Source: a virus
Length of the DNA: 39,772 nt
Strand: one strand, 5' to 3'
IMG/VR virus record: IMGVR_UViG_3300023443_000129
Coordinates: 1 to 39,772 of that record
Shown one piece after another: positions 22,137 through 31,323 of this stretch. Under the pieces are notes generated by a model. That model had not been told where the DNA came from. It saw only the letters and a program-made list of their open reading frames with translations, and did not search any database. Position numbers and translations under genes: made by a program. How positions within the stretch are numbered: position 1 is the first letter of the stretch; each line of letters opens with the position of its first letter.

Positions 22137-22311
22137 TTGGAATCATGGCGCTAAGGGTAAGGTTAGAGATCTGCTAGCCGATAGATCCACCCTAGATATG
22201 AAAGATTTAGAGTGGCTTAGGGGGCTGCTTGACTCTGGGCTTGATGATGCGTCAGAGCTAATCGACGCAATTCACAACCACGGCGAGATCGACGTAAGAG
22301 TCTCATATTAA
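22099..22311 (+). CDS. Hypothetical protein
   Basis: 70 aa with AAGGAG 6 nt upstream. Confidence 0.55.
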   Translation: MSGTLEWRPTMNDWNHGAKGKVRDLLADRSTLDMKDLEWLRGLLDSGLDDASELIDAIHNHGEIDVRVSY

Positions 22312-22330
22312 CTAGCAAGGGGAGAACACA

Positions 22331-22570
22331 ATGGAATGGATTAAAAGATTATTCGGACAGCCTTTGGATATGTCGCCAAAGTGGGTCAACACGGCAGATA
22401 GAATGCCAAGCTTTCAAGGCCAGTACTTAGCTGTATCAACTCACAGGATCGTTTACGCTACTTACTATATTAAGGACGTAGGATTCTTTCCTATGTCTCA
22501 TAGCGTATCTGACACACCTATAGGAGTAGTTACCCACTGGTCTGTATTGCCACCTCTACCAAAGGAATAA
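22331..22570 (+). CDS. DUF551-like protein
   Basis: W..TADRMP......L..........Y........VTHWSVLPPLP is the typical DUF551 signature. Confidence 0.5.
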   Translation: MEWIKRLFGQPLDMSPKWVNTADRMPSFQGQYLAVSTHRIVYATYYIKDVGFFPMSHSVSDTPIGVVTHWSVLPPLPKE

Positions 22571-22610
22571 GCCCCGTTACATCTTATAACAAATGAGTGT
22601 AAACCTTTAG

Positions 22611-22647
22611 TTTACATATGCTGAGTATTGGTTAATAATGTATTAAC
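22611..22647 (+). promoter_or_regulatory. Internal promoter TTTACA-16/17 nt-TAATAAT overlapped by the palindrome GTTAATA-ATG-TATTAAC
   Basis: -35 at 22611-22616, -10 around 22633-22639, palindrome at 22631-22647. All lie in the 111-nt gap before 22682. Confidence 0.4.
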
Positions 22648-22681
22648 AGTTAGGAAATAACAATAACCAGGGAGCAAGACA

Positions 22682-22996
22682 ATGATCAGTCAAGTAGCAG
22701 AGTTTATCGAGTGGGTACTAGGGCAGCAAGACGGGGAGAATACTTTAGCTGAGATAATGTGTGTAGCTAACACTAAGCAGCTAATGGAGTCCTTGGCAGA
22801 GGTTAGCCAGAACATGGTATTGCCTATAAATCATCGTCACTACGCAATGCAGAGCGTTATCGTGCTAGATGATCACCTTGAGAAAGAGGGTTGGTACAGC
22901 GCAATGAAAGAGGACAAGGAGTCTACGGAAGAAGGCTGTGATGGCATAGCAGAGCAGCTAGCACTTGATAAGTTTAATGCGAGGCTACCACTATGA
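22682..22996 (+). CDS. Acidic hypothetical protein
   Basis: 104-aa ORF preceded by CAGGGAGCAAGACA. Confidence 0.6.
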   Translation: MISQVAEFIEWVLGQQDGENTLAEIMCVANTKQLMESLAEVSQNMVLPINHRHYAMQSVIVLDDHLEKEGWYSAMKEDKESTEEGCDGIAEQLALDKFNARLPL

Positions 22997-23193
22997 GCCG
23001 CCTAGTTAGAACAGCTAACGATGAGATGAAATATGTTGTAGGCATGTACTCCGTTGTTCAGAAGTACGAACACAAAGCAGATATATTCTGTCTTCGTGAA
23101 CGGCTTCATGTCGCTATAGAGCAGGCTTTAGGAGCCGAGCTAGATTGGGAGCGAATCGACCAACAAAAGGAATTGTCATGCCAAGCACACTAG
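22993..23193 (+). CDS. Hypothetical protein
   Basis: 66 aa with an ATGA overlap. Confidence 0.55.
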   Translation: MSRLVRTANDEMKYVVGMYSVVQKYEHKADIFCLRERLHVAIEQALGAELDWERIDQQKELSCQAH

Positions 23194-23369
23194 ACGACTT
23201 ATCAATAGTATTTGGCTGCATGTTTAAGGCTGTAACTGATCTTAAATATAAGGCTGTATCATGGTGGAACTCAAGGCGTGTTGGCGAGGTTAAGTATATT
23301 GTATTGGGTATTATAGCGGTGTCGCTGATGTCTTTTGGTGTGCCGATGCTTAATATTTTAGGCTGGTAA
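23178..23369 (+). CDS. Small membrane protein
   Basis: ATG at 23178 follows AAGGAA. C-terminal TM helix YIVLGIIAVSLMSFGVPMLNILGW. Confidence 0.5.
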   Translation: MPSTLDDLSIVFGCMFKAVTDLKYKAVSWWNSRRVGEVKYIVLGIIAVSLMSFGVPMLNILGW

Positions 23370-23389
23370 TTTTAATTAAGGGGAAAGTA

Positions 23390-23587
23390 ATGAACGATAA
23401 AGAAAAGGTGGCGGCTCTCTTGTCTGAGCTTGGAATAGGGTCAGCAGGTTCCGAGTACGATACGGAAGACGAGACATACATAGTGTGCGAGGTGGGGGAT
23501 AAAAAGGTTACTGGATACTCTGGCTTCTCTTCGGCCTTTAAGTTTGATGGCAACGGTAAATTTATAAAGATGGAGTTAGGGGAATAG
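23390..23587 (+). CDS. Hypothetical protein
   Basis: 65 aa preceded by AAGGGGAAAGTA. Confidence 0.6.
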   Translation: MNDKEKVAALLSELGIGSAGSEYDTEDETYIVCEVGDKKVTGYSGFSSAFKFDGNGKFIKMELGE

Positions 23588-23588
23588 T

Positions 23589-24116
23589 ATGCAGAATAAA
23601 CCGAAGACGCATTACAGAAAGGTATTTAAATCAGATCACTTAGGGTCTGCTGATCTTGAGGATATGATTGAAGCAGGTACACAGCTAATATTTACGATAG
23701 CCCACGTTAAGCAAGAGTATGGTGTGATGGTTGCTGGCAGGAAGGGTAATCACAACATAGCTTATTTTAAGGAGAAGATTAAGCCGCTGGTATTGAACGC
23801 TACGAACTCAAAGATAGTTAAGAAGTTCTGCAAAGGTAGCTCGTTTGTTGAAGACTGGAAGGATGTACGAATCCAGATATACATTGATACTAATGTTAAA
23901 ATGAAGGGTGAGACGGTTAGTGGTGTAAGGATTAACCCTCAGCAGCCTAGAGCTAGCAGGCCAACAGTATCTAAGGATAACGGCAACACTTGGGCGAATG
24001 CTAAGAACGCTTACAAGCGTGATGGAAACTTTCATGCAGTATCTGAGAAGGCTGATATCTCGAAGGAATCAATGGATTTAATAATCTTTGAGTGTGATGA
24101 GGAAGCTAATGCTTAA
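23589..24116 (+). CDS. Conserved phage protein of unknown function, upstream partner of the exonuclease
   Basis: 175 aa. HYRKVFKSDHLGSADLED...LVLNATNSKIV...W....I.IY......KGE.VSGVRI is a pattern recurring in phage recombination modules. Confidence 0.6.
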   Translation: MQNKPKTHYRKVFKSDHLGSADLEDMIEAGTQLIFTIAHVKQEYGVMVAGRKGNHNIAYFKEKIKPLVLNATNSKIVKKFCKGSSFVEDWKDVRIQIYIDTNVKMKGETVSGVRINPQQPRASRPTVSKDNGNTWANAKNAYKRDGNFHAVSEKADISKESMDLIIFECDEEANA

Positions 24117-24747
24117 GTTCTATGACATAGAGCAGAACTCGGACATATGGTTTGCAAAGAGGGCTGGCAAGCTAACCAGCTCTAACCTGGGCAAAGTGAT
24201 GGCGAACTTTGGAAAGGCCTTTGGTGAGCCTGCTAAGAAGCTTGCAGTGCAGATAGCAATAGAGCAGATAACTGGACAGCCGATATCTAACGACTACTCT
24301 AACGCACATATGGAAAGGGGGCATGAGCAGGAACCTATAGCCCGTATGCTGTACGAAGAGGAAACCTTTAGCACGGTATCAAATGGCGGATTCTACGGCT
24401 CTGATACGCTTGGCTGCTCTCCTGATGGACTTGTATTTGATTGTGGTGTAATTGAGATTAAATCAGTTATTGAGAGCGTCCACTATGCGAATGTTAAGCG
24501 TCAGAATGTAGACCCTGCTTACCGATGGCAGTGTATTGGGAATCTAAAGTTAACAGGTAGAGATTGGTTAGACTTCGTTAGCTACTCTGCCAATTATCCA
24601 GATGATAAGCAGTTATTTATCTACCGGCTGAACAAGGATGATTACAGCAAAGAGTTTCAAATGATTGACGATAGGGTTGAGCAGTTTCTAGAGTTAGTCA
24701 GAACTACAAAGCAGTCAATATTGGAGAGCAGTTACATTTTGAACTAA
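24109..24747 (+). CDS. exo: YqaJ/lambda-Exo-type PD-(D/E)XK exonuclease
   Basis: ATG at 24109 follows GGAAG. Q.SD.W...R.GKLTSS......MERGH.QEP.A...Y......GCSPDGLV...IEIKS. Confidence 0.7.
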   Translation: MLKFYDIEQNSDIWFAKRAGKLTSSNLGKVMANFGKAFGEPAKKLAVQIAIEQITGQPISNDYSNAHMERGHEQEPIARMLYEEETFSTVSNGGFYGSDTLGCSPDGLVFDCGVIEIKSVIESVHYANVKRQNVDPAYRWQCIGNLKLTGRDWLDFVSYSANYPDDKQLFIYRLNKDDYSKEFQMIDDRVEQFLELVRTTKQSILESSYILN

Positions 24748-24759
24748 CTGGAGAACATC

Positions 24760-24951
24760 ATGACTACGATAGAGATGTGGGATAGAGGGGCCAAAGTAAG
24801 ATCGATAGCAATAAGTGCAGGGGTAAGGGAGCGTGATGTAGTTGCTGATATTGAATCACACGGACGGCACATTAGATCACCCTTGCCTAGAAACAGTTAT
24901 GAGCAGGTTAATCGAATGAGGAGGAAGGCCAATGAAGTGCGGGGAGCCTGA
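24760..24951 (+). CDS. Small putative HTH protein
   Basis: 63-aa ORF. The HTH assignment is weak. Confidence 0.45.
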   Translation: MTTIEMWDRGAKVRSIAISAGVRERDVVADIESHGRHIRSPLPRNSYEQVNRMRRKANEVRGA

Positions 24952-25171
24952 GTGTGATGAGGACTCCAGAACTAAGGGGCTTTGTGCCATGCATTACACA
25001 AGGCTCTGGCGGCATGGATCTACTTCAGCTCATAATGGCCATAAGGTTAGGGACATAGCATTAGATGGGCTTATTAAGTTTAAGAGTACGGTGTTAGGTA
25101 AGTCAATTAGACAGATTGCGCGTGAAATGGATGTTTCTCGGTGGTCTGTTACTAAAGCGATTAAGGGGTGA
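24932..25171 (+). CDS. Zn-ribbon (GLCxxHYxRxxxxG) plus C-terminal HTH DNA-binding protein
   Basis: CGEPEC...KGLCAMHYTRLWRHG, then SIRQIAREMDVSRWSVTKAIKG. Confidence 0.45.
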   Translation: MKCGEPECDEDSRTKGLCAMHYTRLWRHGSTSAHNGHKVRDIALDGLIKFKSTVLGKSIRQIAREMDVSRWSVTKAIKG

Positions 25172-25174
25172 GGG

Positions 25175-25372
25175 ATGAAGACTGTAAGTATATTTGTAAT
25201 AGCTTTGCTGTGTATTGGGTGCAGCTCATCAGTACAGGACTATGAGATCCGTGGATTCATTAAGGCTTGCGAAGACAAAGGAGGCGTGGCATTTATTAGT
25301 ACTTTCATGGGAAGTACTGCTGCATGTATGGATGGAACGTTTGCTAGCTGGAAGATTGAGGAGAGTAGCTAG
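25175..25372 (+). CDS. Signal-peptide or lipoprotein-like small protein
   Basis: MKTVSIFVIALLCIGCSSS has an imperfect lipobox. 65 aa. Confidence 0.5.
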   Translation: MKTVSIFVIALLCIGCSSSVQDYEIRGFIKACEDKGGVAFISTFMGSTAACMDGTFASWKIEESS

Positions 25373-25492
25373 ATGATAACCATACCCAACGAAGTAATCA
25401 CAGCTCTAGAAATATTGGCAGGGCTTGTAACGTTTGGCGCTGTTGTAATATGTGTTTGGGCTTATCGGATAAGGAATCGTAATGAAAGTTAA
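25373..25492 (+). CDS. Single-TM micro-protein (39 aa), holin/pinholin-size
   Basis: MITIPNEVITALEILAGLVTFGAVVICVWAYRIRNRNES. The ATG abuts the upstream TAG, and the 3' end overlaps the peptidase start by 11 nt. Confidence 0.45.
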   Translation: MITIPNEVITALEILAGLVTFGAVVICVWAYRIRNRNES

Positions 25493-25802
25493 AGAAGGGG
25501 TAGTTCTAGCAGGGCTAGACATTAAGATGCGGCCGGTGTTGATAGCTGCTGAGAAGATATGGAGCAACTACGGCCAAGAGCTAGTAGTTACCTGTGGCCT
25601 TAATGGTGAGCACTCGGCAGGCTCCTATCATTATTATGGGCTAGCATTAGACTTTAGGCATCGTTACTTTACTGACATTCAAAAGGATATGGTGGCAGAG
25701 GAGTTAATGGATAAGCTTAGGCGTGTAGAGAATTGCCAAGTGTTCCATGATTACGATGTTGTTATTGAGAATACCCACATCCATGTCGAATATGATTCAT
25801 AG
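25482..25802 (+). CDS. Peptidase M15-type (zinc D,D/L,D-peptidase fold) endolysin candidate
   Basis: SYHYYGLALD matches S.H..G.A.D, and a terminal THIHVE supplies the second His. 106 aa. Confidence 0.55.
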   Translation: MKVKEGVVLAGLDIKMRPVLIAAEKIWSNYGQELVVTCGLNGEHSAGSYHYYGLALDFRHRYFTDIQKDMVAEELMDKLRRVENCQVFHDYDVVIENTHIHVEYDS

Positions 25803-25811
25803 GGGTAGGCA

Positions 25812-26018
25812 ATGGATATTGATGACGTTATGGCATTGCAGCAAGAAAACAAGGATGTGATAGGCAGACACGAACCTATGCCCCAAACTATCGAGTATTA
25901 CAAAGCTCAACAGGAGAGAGAGGGCGAATTGATCCTTAAGATGAAAGAGGAGATTAGCCGGTATAAGGCTAGAATTAATACTCTTGAACAGAAGCTAGCA
26001 AGCAAGAAGGGTATGTAA
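25812..26018 (+). CDS. Coiled-coil hypothetical protein
   Basis: 68-aa ORF. Confidence 0.55.
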   Translation: MDIDDVMALQQENKDVIGRHEPMPQTIEYYKAQQEREGELILKMKEEISRYKARINTLEQKLASKKGM

Positions 26019-26251
26019 TGGCAATTGACGACTATCCAAGACCAATCAAGCAAGCGCCGAGCAGGATTAAATCGGCTGAGAAGCTAGAGGAAGAGGAGCA
26101 ATTGAGCAAGGATATTAAGGAGTTTCTAAAGCGTAATGAGGTCAAGCAGGGAAGCCCGTTATACACAAAAGAGCAGTATAAGGGGTTGTCTGATAATGAG
26201 AAAAAGGCTAAGTCTAAGTATGTAAGAACCGTAAGCTATGGGAGTTTTTAA
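26018..26251 (+). CDS. Lys/Glu-rich hypothetical protein
   Basis: 77 aa with a 1-nt overlap. Confidence 0.55.
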   Translation: MAIDDYPRPIKQAPSRIKSAEKLEEEEQLSKDIKEFLKRNEVKQGSPLYTKEQYKGLSDNEKKAKSKYVRTVSYGSF

Positions 26252-26577
26252 TGTTAAAGAAGGTAATAAGTAAACTAGCAGAGCATGACTTTCCTGATTA
26301 TATCGATTTAAGTATCGAGTCTAATCAATTACAGGTATTGGCTAAGCAGATAGAGAATAATCACCTGTTGGATATTAAGACTGAGAACAACGCAGAGCTG
26401 GCTAGTAATGCTCAAACTCAGCTAACTGAGAACTCAATATTCAGGGAGCTGATTAAACGAATGATTCCTGAGATGAGCAGAGACGATATTAATATGGTGT
26501 TTAAGCACTGTAGAGATCTTGGGATTACGATTACCAAGAACTCGATAACCGTAACCCCTAAGTCTACGACTGTGTAG
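26251..26577 (+). CDS. Hypothetical protein, last rightward gene
   Basis: 108 aa. The 3' end overlaps the 3' end of the tailspike by 14 nt. Confidence 0.55.
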   Translation: MLKKVISKLAEHDFPDYIDLSIESNQLQVLAKQIENNHLLDIKTENNAELASNAQTQLTENSIFRELIKRMIPEMSRDDINMVFKHCRDLGITITKNSITVTPKSTTV

Positions 26578-28498
26578 CTGTACCGCCCGTCATTGTCCAT
26601 GCACTATTGGTAAATAGTAACTCTGCCGTATGACCTGCGCTAGTAAAGGCTATCGAGGTGAATCCTAGTAAGCTAGTTGGGGTAAGCGTTCCAGTACCCC
26701 CCGCACCTGATAACATCACTACAGTCTTACGTTGACCATTAGACCCGTTAGCTAGTGTATATGCGTCACCTGCCGTGGTCGTTATGTGGGTTACTTGTGA
26801 TGTTACATCAACCGCCCCAGCACCCTCTATAGCTTGAGCTGTCTGGTCAGTGACTATAACGCCTCTGAATTTAGTCTGGTCGTTTGCATTACCTATCAAA
26901 CTTACGCCTGTAGTGGTTTGCATCTGTGTTTGACCGGCTTCACCCGAACCCGTAGCAGCGCCACCTTTAATTACTGCATTGCCGCCGTTCTGGTCAGTAC
27001 CTTCTCCATCACCACCTAACATAGTGTTAGAACCGCCAGTACCGTCTTTACCTGTTCCGCCTTGAGTGGCAAAGGTTCTACCTGTATTAGTAGTTATCTG
27101 AGGACTAGGTTTAATTGAGTGCATAGCGTAAGTATTCGCACCAGCTAGGGAGAGCACATAGTTATTAGTACCAGCGTCTTGCGTGTTATCCGCGTCAGTC
27201 GTAGCTAGTAAGGTAACGTGGTTCCTGGTAGAAAAGGCAGTCATGTTTAAGTCAGGCCCGTCCCCAGGACTAGCTCCGTTTCTCTCACAGTACAAAGTAG
27301 CGTGATTACCTATAGACTGTGTACCAGAAGCACCACCTATATTCATGCCACCAGTTAGATTCTCCTGAAGTATACCCATAACGATATTACAGGCATCACC
27401 TAATAGCAGGTTAATACCCCAACCTGTATTTGATAGAGCGTTAAAGTCTATTAGGGTAAGTGTATTTGAGCTAGTAGCAGAGTTGGTCCCTTGAAAGGAC
27501 TGTATTCGTATACCATCGCCACCATTCAAAACAGAATCTATTTTATCAAGCTTACCTGAGTTGCCAGCTCTCCAGTAAATACCGTGAGATGAGCAGGATT
27601 TAATTCTAATATCGACTAGATGAATATGAGAACCGGCATCAACATCAATTCCTATTCCTGTCAGGGCCGTGCCATCTATTTGAAACCCTCCTATTCTAGC
27701 AAACTCGCCAACAGTTAGAGAAACCGCATCAAAAGTACCTGTGGGGATTATCTGGCTGTCCTCTCTCGCGCCTGATCCAAATACTCCTACACGCTTGCCC
27801 CATGATAATTTGGCATTAGTAGCGAACTTACCAGCGCCTATAGTCATATCTGATCGACCGTCAAAGGATACTCCTACAAACGTATAGCAGTTGTTGAAGG
27901 CCGCTGTAGTTACTGTTGCGTTTGTATTGTCAATGTAAGCGCCAAACTGTTTAATTCTATAGATGTCATCAGTGAATAAACCTTTAGCTTGATGAGTGTC
28001 GAGGTTTATAAACGATCCCGCATCAGGAGTACCAGTTGCAGCCGCGACAACATCGTAATCATTGCCGCCGCCATCCCCTATTGAGTAATAACCTAAAGTC
28101 CTTAGATGGTCTCCGATGTTTAAAGTAGTGCTAGCTACCATTAAGGCTACAGTTTCGAATAGCTCAAACGCCTCCCCGGCAAGGGCCTGCTGCGGGAGCG
28201 GGCCATGAAACCAATCGGCATTACCTGTTGTATCAGCATCAGCATCTACAGCGTTTGTATATAGAGCTATCTTGTACTCTTGGTCGGTGAAAGGCGTGAA
28301 TATGGCGCTACTGCCATTCAACGGATAACCCGCGCTATCTAATGCGCACTTAGCTAGGGCACCTGTGCCAGTACTAGTCGAGTACATATTAATAGCTACG
28401 TTAGACGTATTGTAGAGCTTTAGGAAATACCCGCTAGCTAGTGTGCCGTCTGTCTTCTGATACTGTATTGTTGCGCCGCTTATTGGGGTAAAAGACAT
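26564..28498 (-). CDS. Tailspike with a pectate-lyase-like right-handed beta-helix
   Basis: 644 aa. LGYYSIGDGGGNDY...IKQFGAY.DNT, then many Gly/Asn-rich beta-helix-like rungs. Last gene of the late operon. Confidence 0.6.
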   Translation of the reverse strand: MSFTPISGATIQYQKTDGTLASGYFLKLYNTSNVAINMYSTSTGTGALAKCALDSAGYPLNGSSAIFTPFTDQEYKIALYTNAVDADADTTGNADWFHGPLPQQALAGEAFELFETVALMVASTTLNIGDHLRTLGYYSIGDGGGNDYDVVAAATGTPDAGSFINLDTHQAKGLFTDDIYRIKQFGAYIDNTNATVTTAAFNNCYTFVGVSFDGRSDMTIGAGKFATNAKLSWGKRVGVFGSGAREDSQIIPTGTFDAVSLTVGEFARIGGFQIDGTALTGIGIDVDAGSHIHLVDIRIKSCSSHGIYWRAGNSGKLDKIDSVLNGGDGIRIQSFQGTNSATSSNTLTLIDFNALSNTGWGINLLLGDACNIVMGILQENLTGGMNIGGASGTQSIGNHATLYCERNGASPGDGPDLNMTAFSTRNHVTLLATTDADNTQDAGTNNYVLSLAGANTYAMHSIKPSPQITTNTGRTFATQGGTGKDGTGGSNTMLGGDGEGTDQNGGNAVIKGGAATGSGEAGQTQMQTTTGVSLIGNANDQTKFRGVIVTDQTAQAIEGAGAVDVTSQVTHITTTAGDAYTLANGSNGQRKTVVMLSGAGGTGTLTPTSLLGFTSIAFTSAGHTAELLFTNSAWTMTGGTATQS

Positions 28499-30423
28499 TA
28501 TCTGGATTCCTTGCGTCTGAGTAGTTTCTGCATAGCGTTTAGTGCGTTCGTGTCGTTTATGCCTCTGGCCTTCTCTAGCTTCCTAGCTCCAGCTCCTACA
28601 ACGATATCAACTATTCCCGCTTGGCCTCTTGCTGCCTGCTTTACAGTTGATTCGAATTCACCCTTTAAAGAAGTCCTAGCCACTGCTCCGAACCTTTCGT
28701 CTAGAGTATTAGCGAACTGAGTTAAGTCTCTAGCATCAACATCAAAGGTTGCGCCTAAGTTTCTGGCTGTTCTATCAATATCATCAAGCGAGTTATCTAA
28801 GGCTATGCGACTCTTTCTGTTGCTTAATAAGCCTCTTAAGTCTTGGCCTATAGCTTTGTCAGCACCGGGTTTAAACACGTTAATAGAGCCGCCTAAGATC
28901 CTTTCGAACTCGTTCATAGTACCGATAGCATTACTTAGCTTGTCGTTAATGGCTGCGTATGGCTTAGATACATCACGAATAGAGTCATTCAAAGAGGCCC
29001 TAACAGCTTTAGCAAAGTTCTTGCCTGTTTTGGGTAGCCCTTTAGCTTGCTTATTGAAGTCTATAAGGTCATCTAATTGCTTTTTAAGGTTGTGCGCTCT
29101 GGCTGCGTCTACCGGGCCTGGCTCAGATAGTAAATCTACAACATCCTTAACCATCTTTTGAGAGGTTGGATTCTTGGATATCTCAGAACCTACAAAAACA
29201 CCTCTCTGCTTAAGAAAGCTATTAAGCTGTCGAGTATCACCCAGCACCTCATCAGGTATATTAATTCTAAGGTCGTCTAGCTTACTGAATAGAGCAGCTT
29301 CAATAGGCTGCGTATCAATCTCTAAACCCTTAAGACCTCTAACTGTTCCTGGCCCTTCTAGTAAGTTCTCGCCAGGCTTAGATGATTTATTGGCTAGCTT
29401 ATTAAGGTCTTTTCTTAATGTGTCCGCCTCTTTCCTTATGAATTGGAATCTACCTAAAACATGCTCCCCTGGTATATCAGTAGGTCTTGAGTCTTTGGCC
29501 TTTGAGGAGTCCGATAGTATCTGTCGAGTCATCTTCAGCATTTGATTCATGTCGCGCTTAGTAGACGTATTAGCACCCTTAGCCGCTGATACATCGCCTT
29601 TCCTAAAGCCCTGCCTCTGTAGCTCTACGCCTAGATCATCAGGGACTATCTTGCCCTGCTCTAATCTAATATCAGCTAAGAAGTTGTCAGTACCGCCGCG
29701 CTTAATCTTGCCCACTACGATCTGATCAACTACTTGCTCGACTGACTTTCTGCCCTGGATTGCAGGTAAGGTATCAACGTCATCAACAATAGATCCAAAG
29801 TCTATACCACGCTTAGTAAGTTCCTTTTCAAACACTGGAGCAGGTAACCCGGTCTTCTGGTCTATTAGGTTTTTATTCTTACCAAACTTAGCTGTAATGG
29901 TTTGTAGTGCCTCTCTGCTAGCCGCTGCTACTGGCGCTCTAGCTGCTTGAGATATTGCGCCTAACTCTACCGCTACAGGGGGAAGGGCTGCTAATGGGGC
30001 TAGAACCTCGCCTAGCTGGCCTAATCTCTCTTTGCCTAGCTCTGTAGTAGGAGGAAGAGTGCCTCCGCTAGCCCTTAATGCTGATTGCTCAGCTATCCTT
30101 TCAGCTGATTCTCTAGCCTCTTGAGGGCTGTCCGCTAATGGTCCAAAGCTTCCCCCTGCTATCTCTTTCACTAGCTGTTCAAGTGTGCCGCCAACACTGC
30201 CCAGTAGCCCGGTAGTCGCACCGGTTCCTATGGCTCTAGCAGTCTCTGCAATAGCTGTTAATTGATCGGCTAGACCTCTATGGGCTTCTGGTGCTGGACC
30301 TTCGCCCACTCCAATATCACCACCCGGGTCGAATGACTCAAGATCAAACGTAGGCTCTGGCTGAGCAGTAGATAAGTCAAAGCCGCTTGATTCAGGCTTA
30401 GCTGTGGATATGTCAAAAGCCAT
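28498..30423 (-). CDS. Large internal/ejection-type virion protein
   Basis: 641 aa, Ala/Leu/Gly-rich and helical. Its position is analogous to the P22 ejection proteins. Confidence 0.45.
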   Translation of the reverse strand: MAFDISTAKPESSGFDLSTAQPEPTFDLESFDPGGDIGVGEGPAPEAHRGLADQLTAIAETARAIGTGATTGLLGSVGGTLEQLVKEIAGGSFGPLADSPQEARESAERIAEQSALRASGGTLPPTTELGKERLGQLGEVLAPLAALPPVAVELGAISQAARAPVAAASREALQTITAKFGKNKNLIDQKTGLPAPVFEKELTKRGIDFGSIVDDVDTLPAIQGRKSVEQVVDQIVVGKIKRGGTDNFLADIRLEQGKIVPDDLGVELQRQGFRKGDVSAAKGANTSTKRDMNQMLKMTRQILSDSSKAKDSRPTDIPGEHVLGRFQFIRKEADTLRKDLNKLANKSSKPGENLLEGPGTVRGLKGLEIDTQPIEAALFSKLDDLRINIPDEVLGDTRQLNSFLKQRGVFVGSEISKNPTSQKMVKDVVDLLSEPGPVDAARAHNLKKQLDDLIDFNKQAKGLPKTGKNFAKAVRASLNDSIRDVSKPYAAINDKLSNAIGTMNEFERILGGSINVFKPGADKAIGQDLRGLLSNRKSRIALDNSLDDIDRTARNLGATFDVDARDLTQFANTLDERFGAVARTSLKGEFESTVKQAARGQAGIVDIVVGAGARKLEKARGINDTNALNAMQKLLRRKESR

Positions 30424-30425
30424 TC

Positions 30426-31229
30426 TTATAGCTCCTCAAAAGTACCATCAGGAAATACCCTGGCCCTATTGCCTTGTGCATCAGTCATTATTACGCCTGC
30501 TTCACCACCTTGGTTTAGAAGCTGTTCAGTAGGAGTAACGTTAACCCCTAGCTCTCGCTCTTTGGCCTGAACTTCTCTTACCTTACCTTCAATGAATGCG
30601 TCCAGTTGAACTATCTTTTCTGCTGGCGCTGCATCTAAATCCCCCATTGTAGCCTTGAGTGATTCGCCTTCTTGGAAGGTAAAGGCCGCTCCAAAGGTCT
30701 GCTTAAGTAGTGGCAATACTTGGTTGTTAATTATCGCTCCAAACTTAGCTCTAGCTGTTGCACCTTTAGTTGATCCAAAGCCCGACTCCTTGACTGCTGA
30801 GTCAAATATTCTGCCTGCAAAAGTGCTGGTAACAAGTGGCGCTAATTCTTTAAGCTGCCCAACAACATCTAGCAAGCCAGGTAACGAAGCATCAGCCCTC
30901 TTAAGGTCTGTTAGCGTATCGCCTCTAGCTGCTGCCTCTTTCTCTGCTAGCTTGACTGCCTTCTTAATGGATGCCTTTGCCTTGCCTACAACGTTGGACT
31001 GAGATGCTTCACCTGCTGCCTTGCCAGACGCCTCTCCTTTCTTGATAGTCTCTTTGCTCGCCGCTACCTTTGCTGTTAAATCTTCGTCTAGAGCTACCCT
31101 TTCAGCCCCGGTAATAGCAGCTCTTGGAATTAAACCTAGCTCTACAGCAGCAGCCTTAGCCGTGGCATTCGCCTTGCTGATATCAAAGTTACCCTGATCA
31201 TCTAGTGCTGATGATATGTCGGTTAGCAA
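30426..31229 (-). CDS. Internal virion protein, probably the downstream part of one gene with 31324-31689
   Basis: The only start is a TTG without an SD. The frame stays open upstream to 31379, spanning the C8 run at 31363-31370. Confidence 0.5.
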   Translation of the reverse strand: MLTDISSALDDQGNFDISKANATAKAAAVELGLIPRAAITGAERVALDEDLTAKVAASKETIKKGEASGKAAGEASQSNVVGKAKASIKKAVKLAEKEAAARGDTLTDLKRADASLPGLLDVVGQLKELAPLVTSTFAGRIFDSAVKESGFGSTKGATARAKFGAIINNQVLPLLKQTFGAAFTFQEGESLKATMGDLDAAPAEKIVQLDAFIEGKVREVQAKERELGVNVTPTEQLLNQGGEAGVIMTDAQGNRARVFPDGTFEEL

Positions 31230-31323
31230 GCTTTGGCGGTCTCTTTGGTCGATCGTTGCCTTGACTGTCTGAGATCGTATAGCACTAACCTCAGCCTTAG
31301 CCCGACTAATATACTGAGCACGG

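Noticed and set aside
26262-26271. GGTAATAAGT, a 10-nt match to the left half of the operator palindrome
   Set aside because: It lies inside coding sequence, has no symmetric partner, and is expected by chance at this length.
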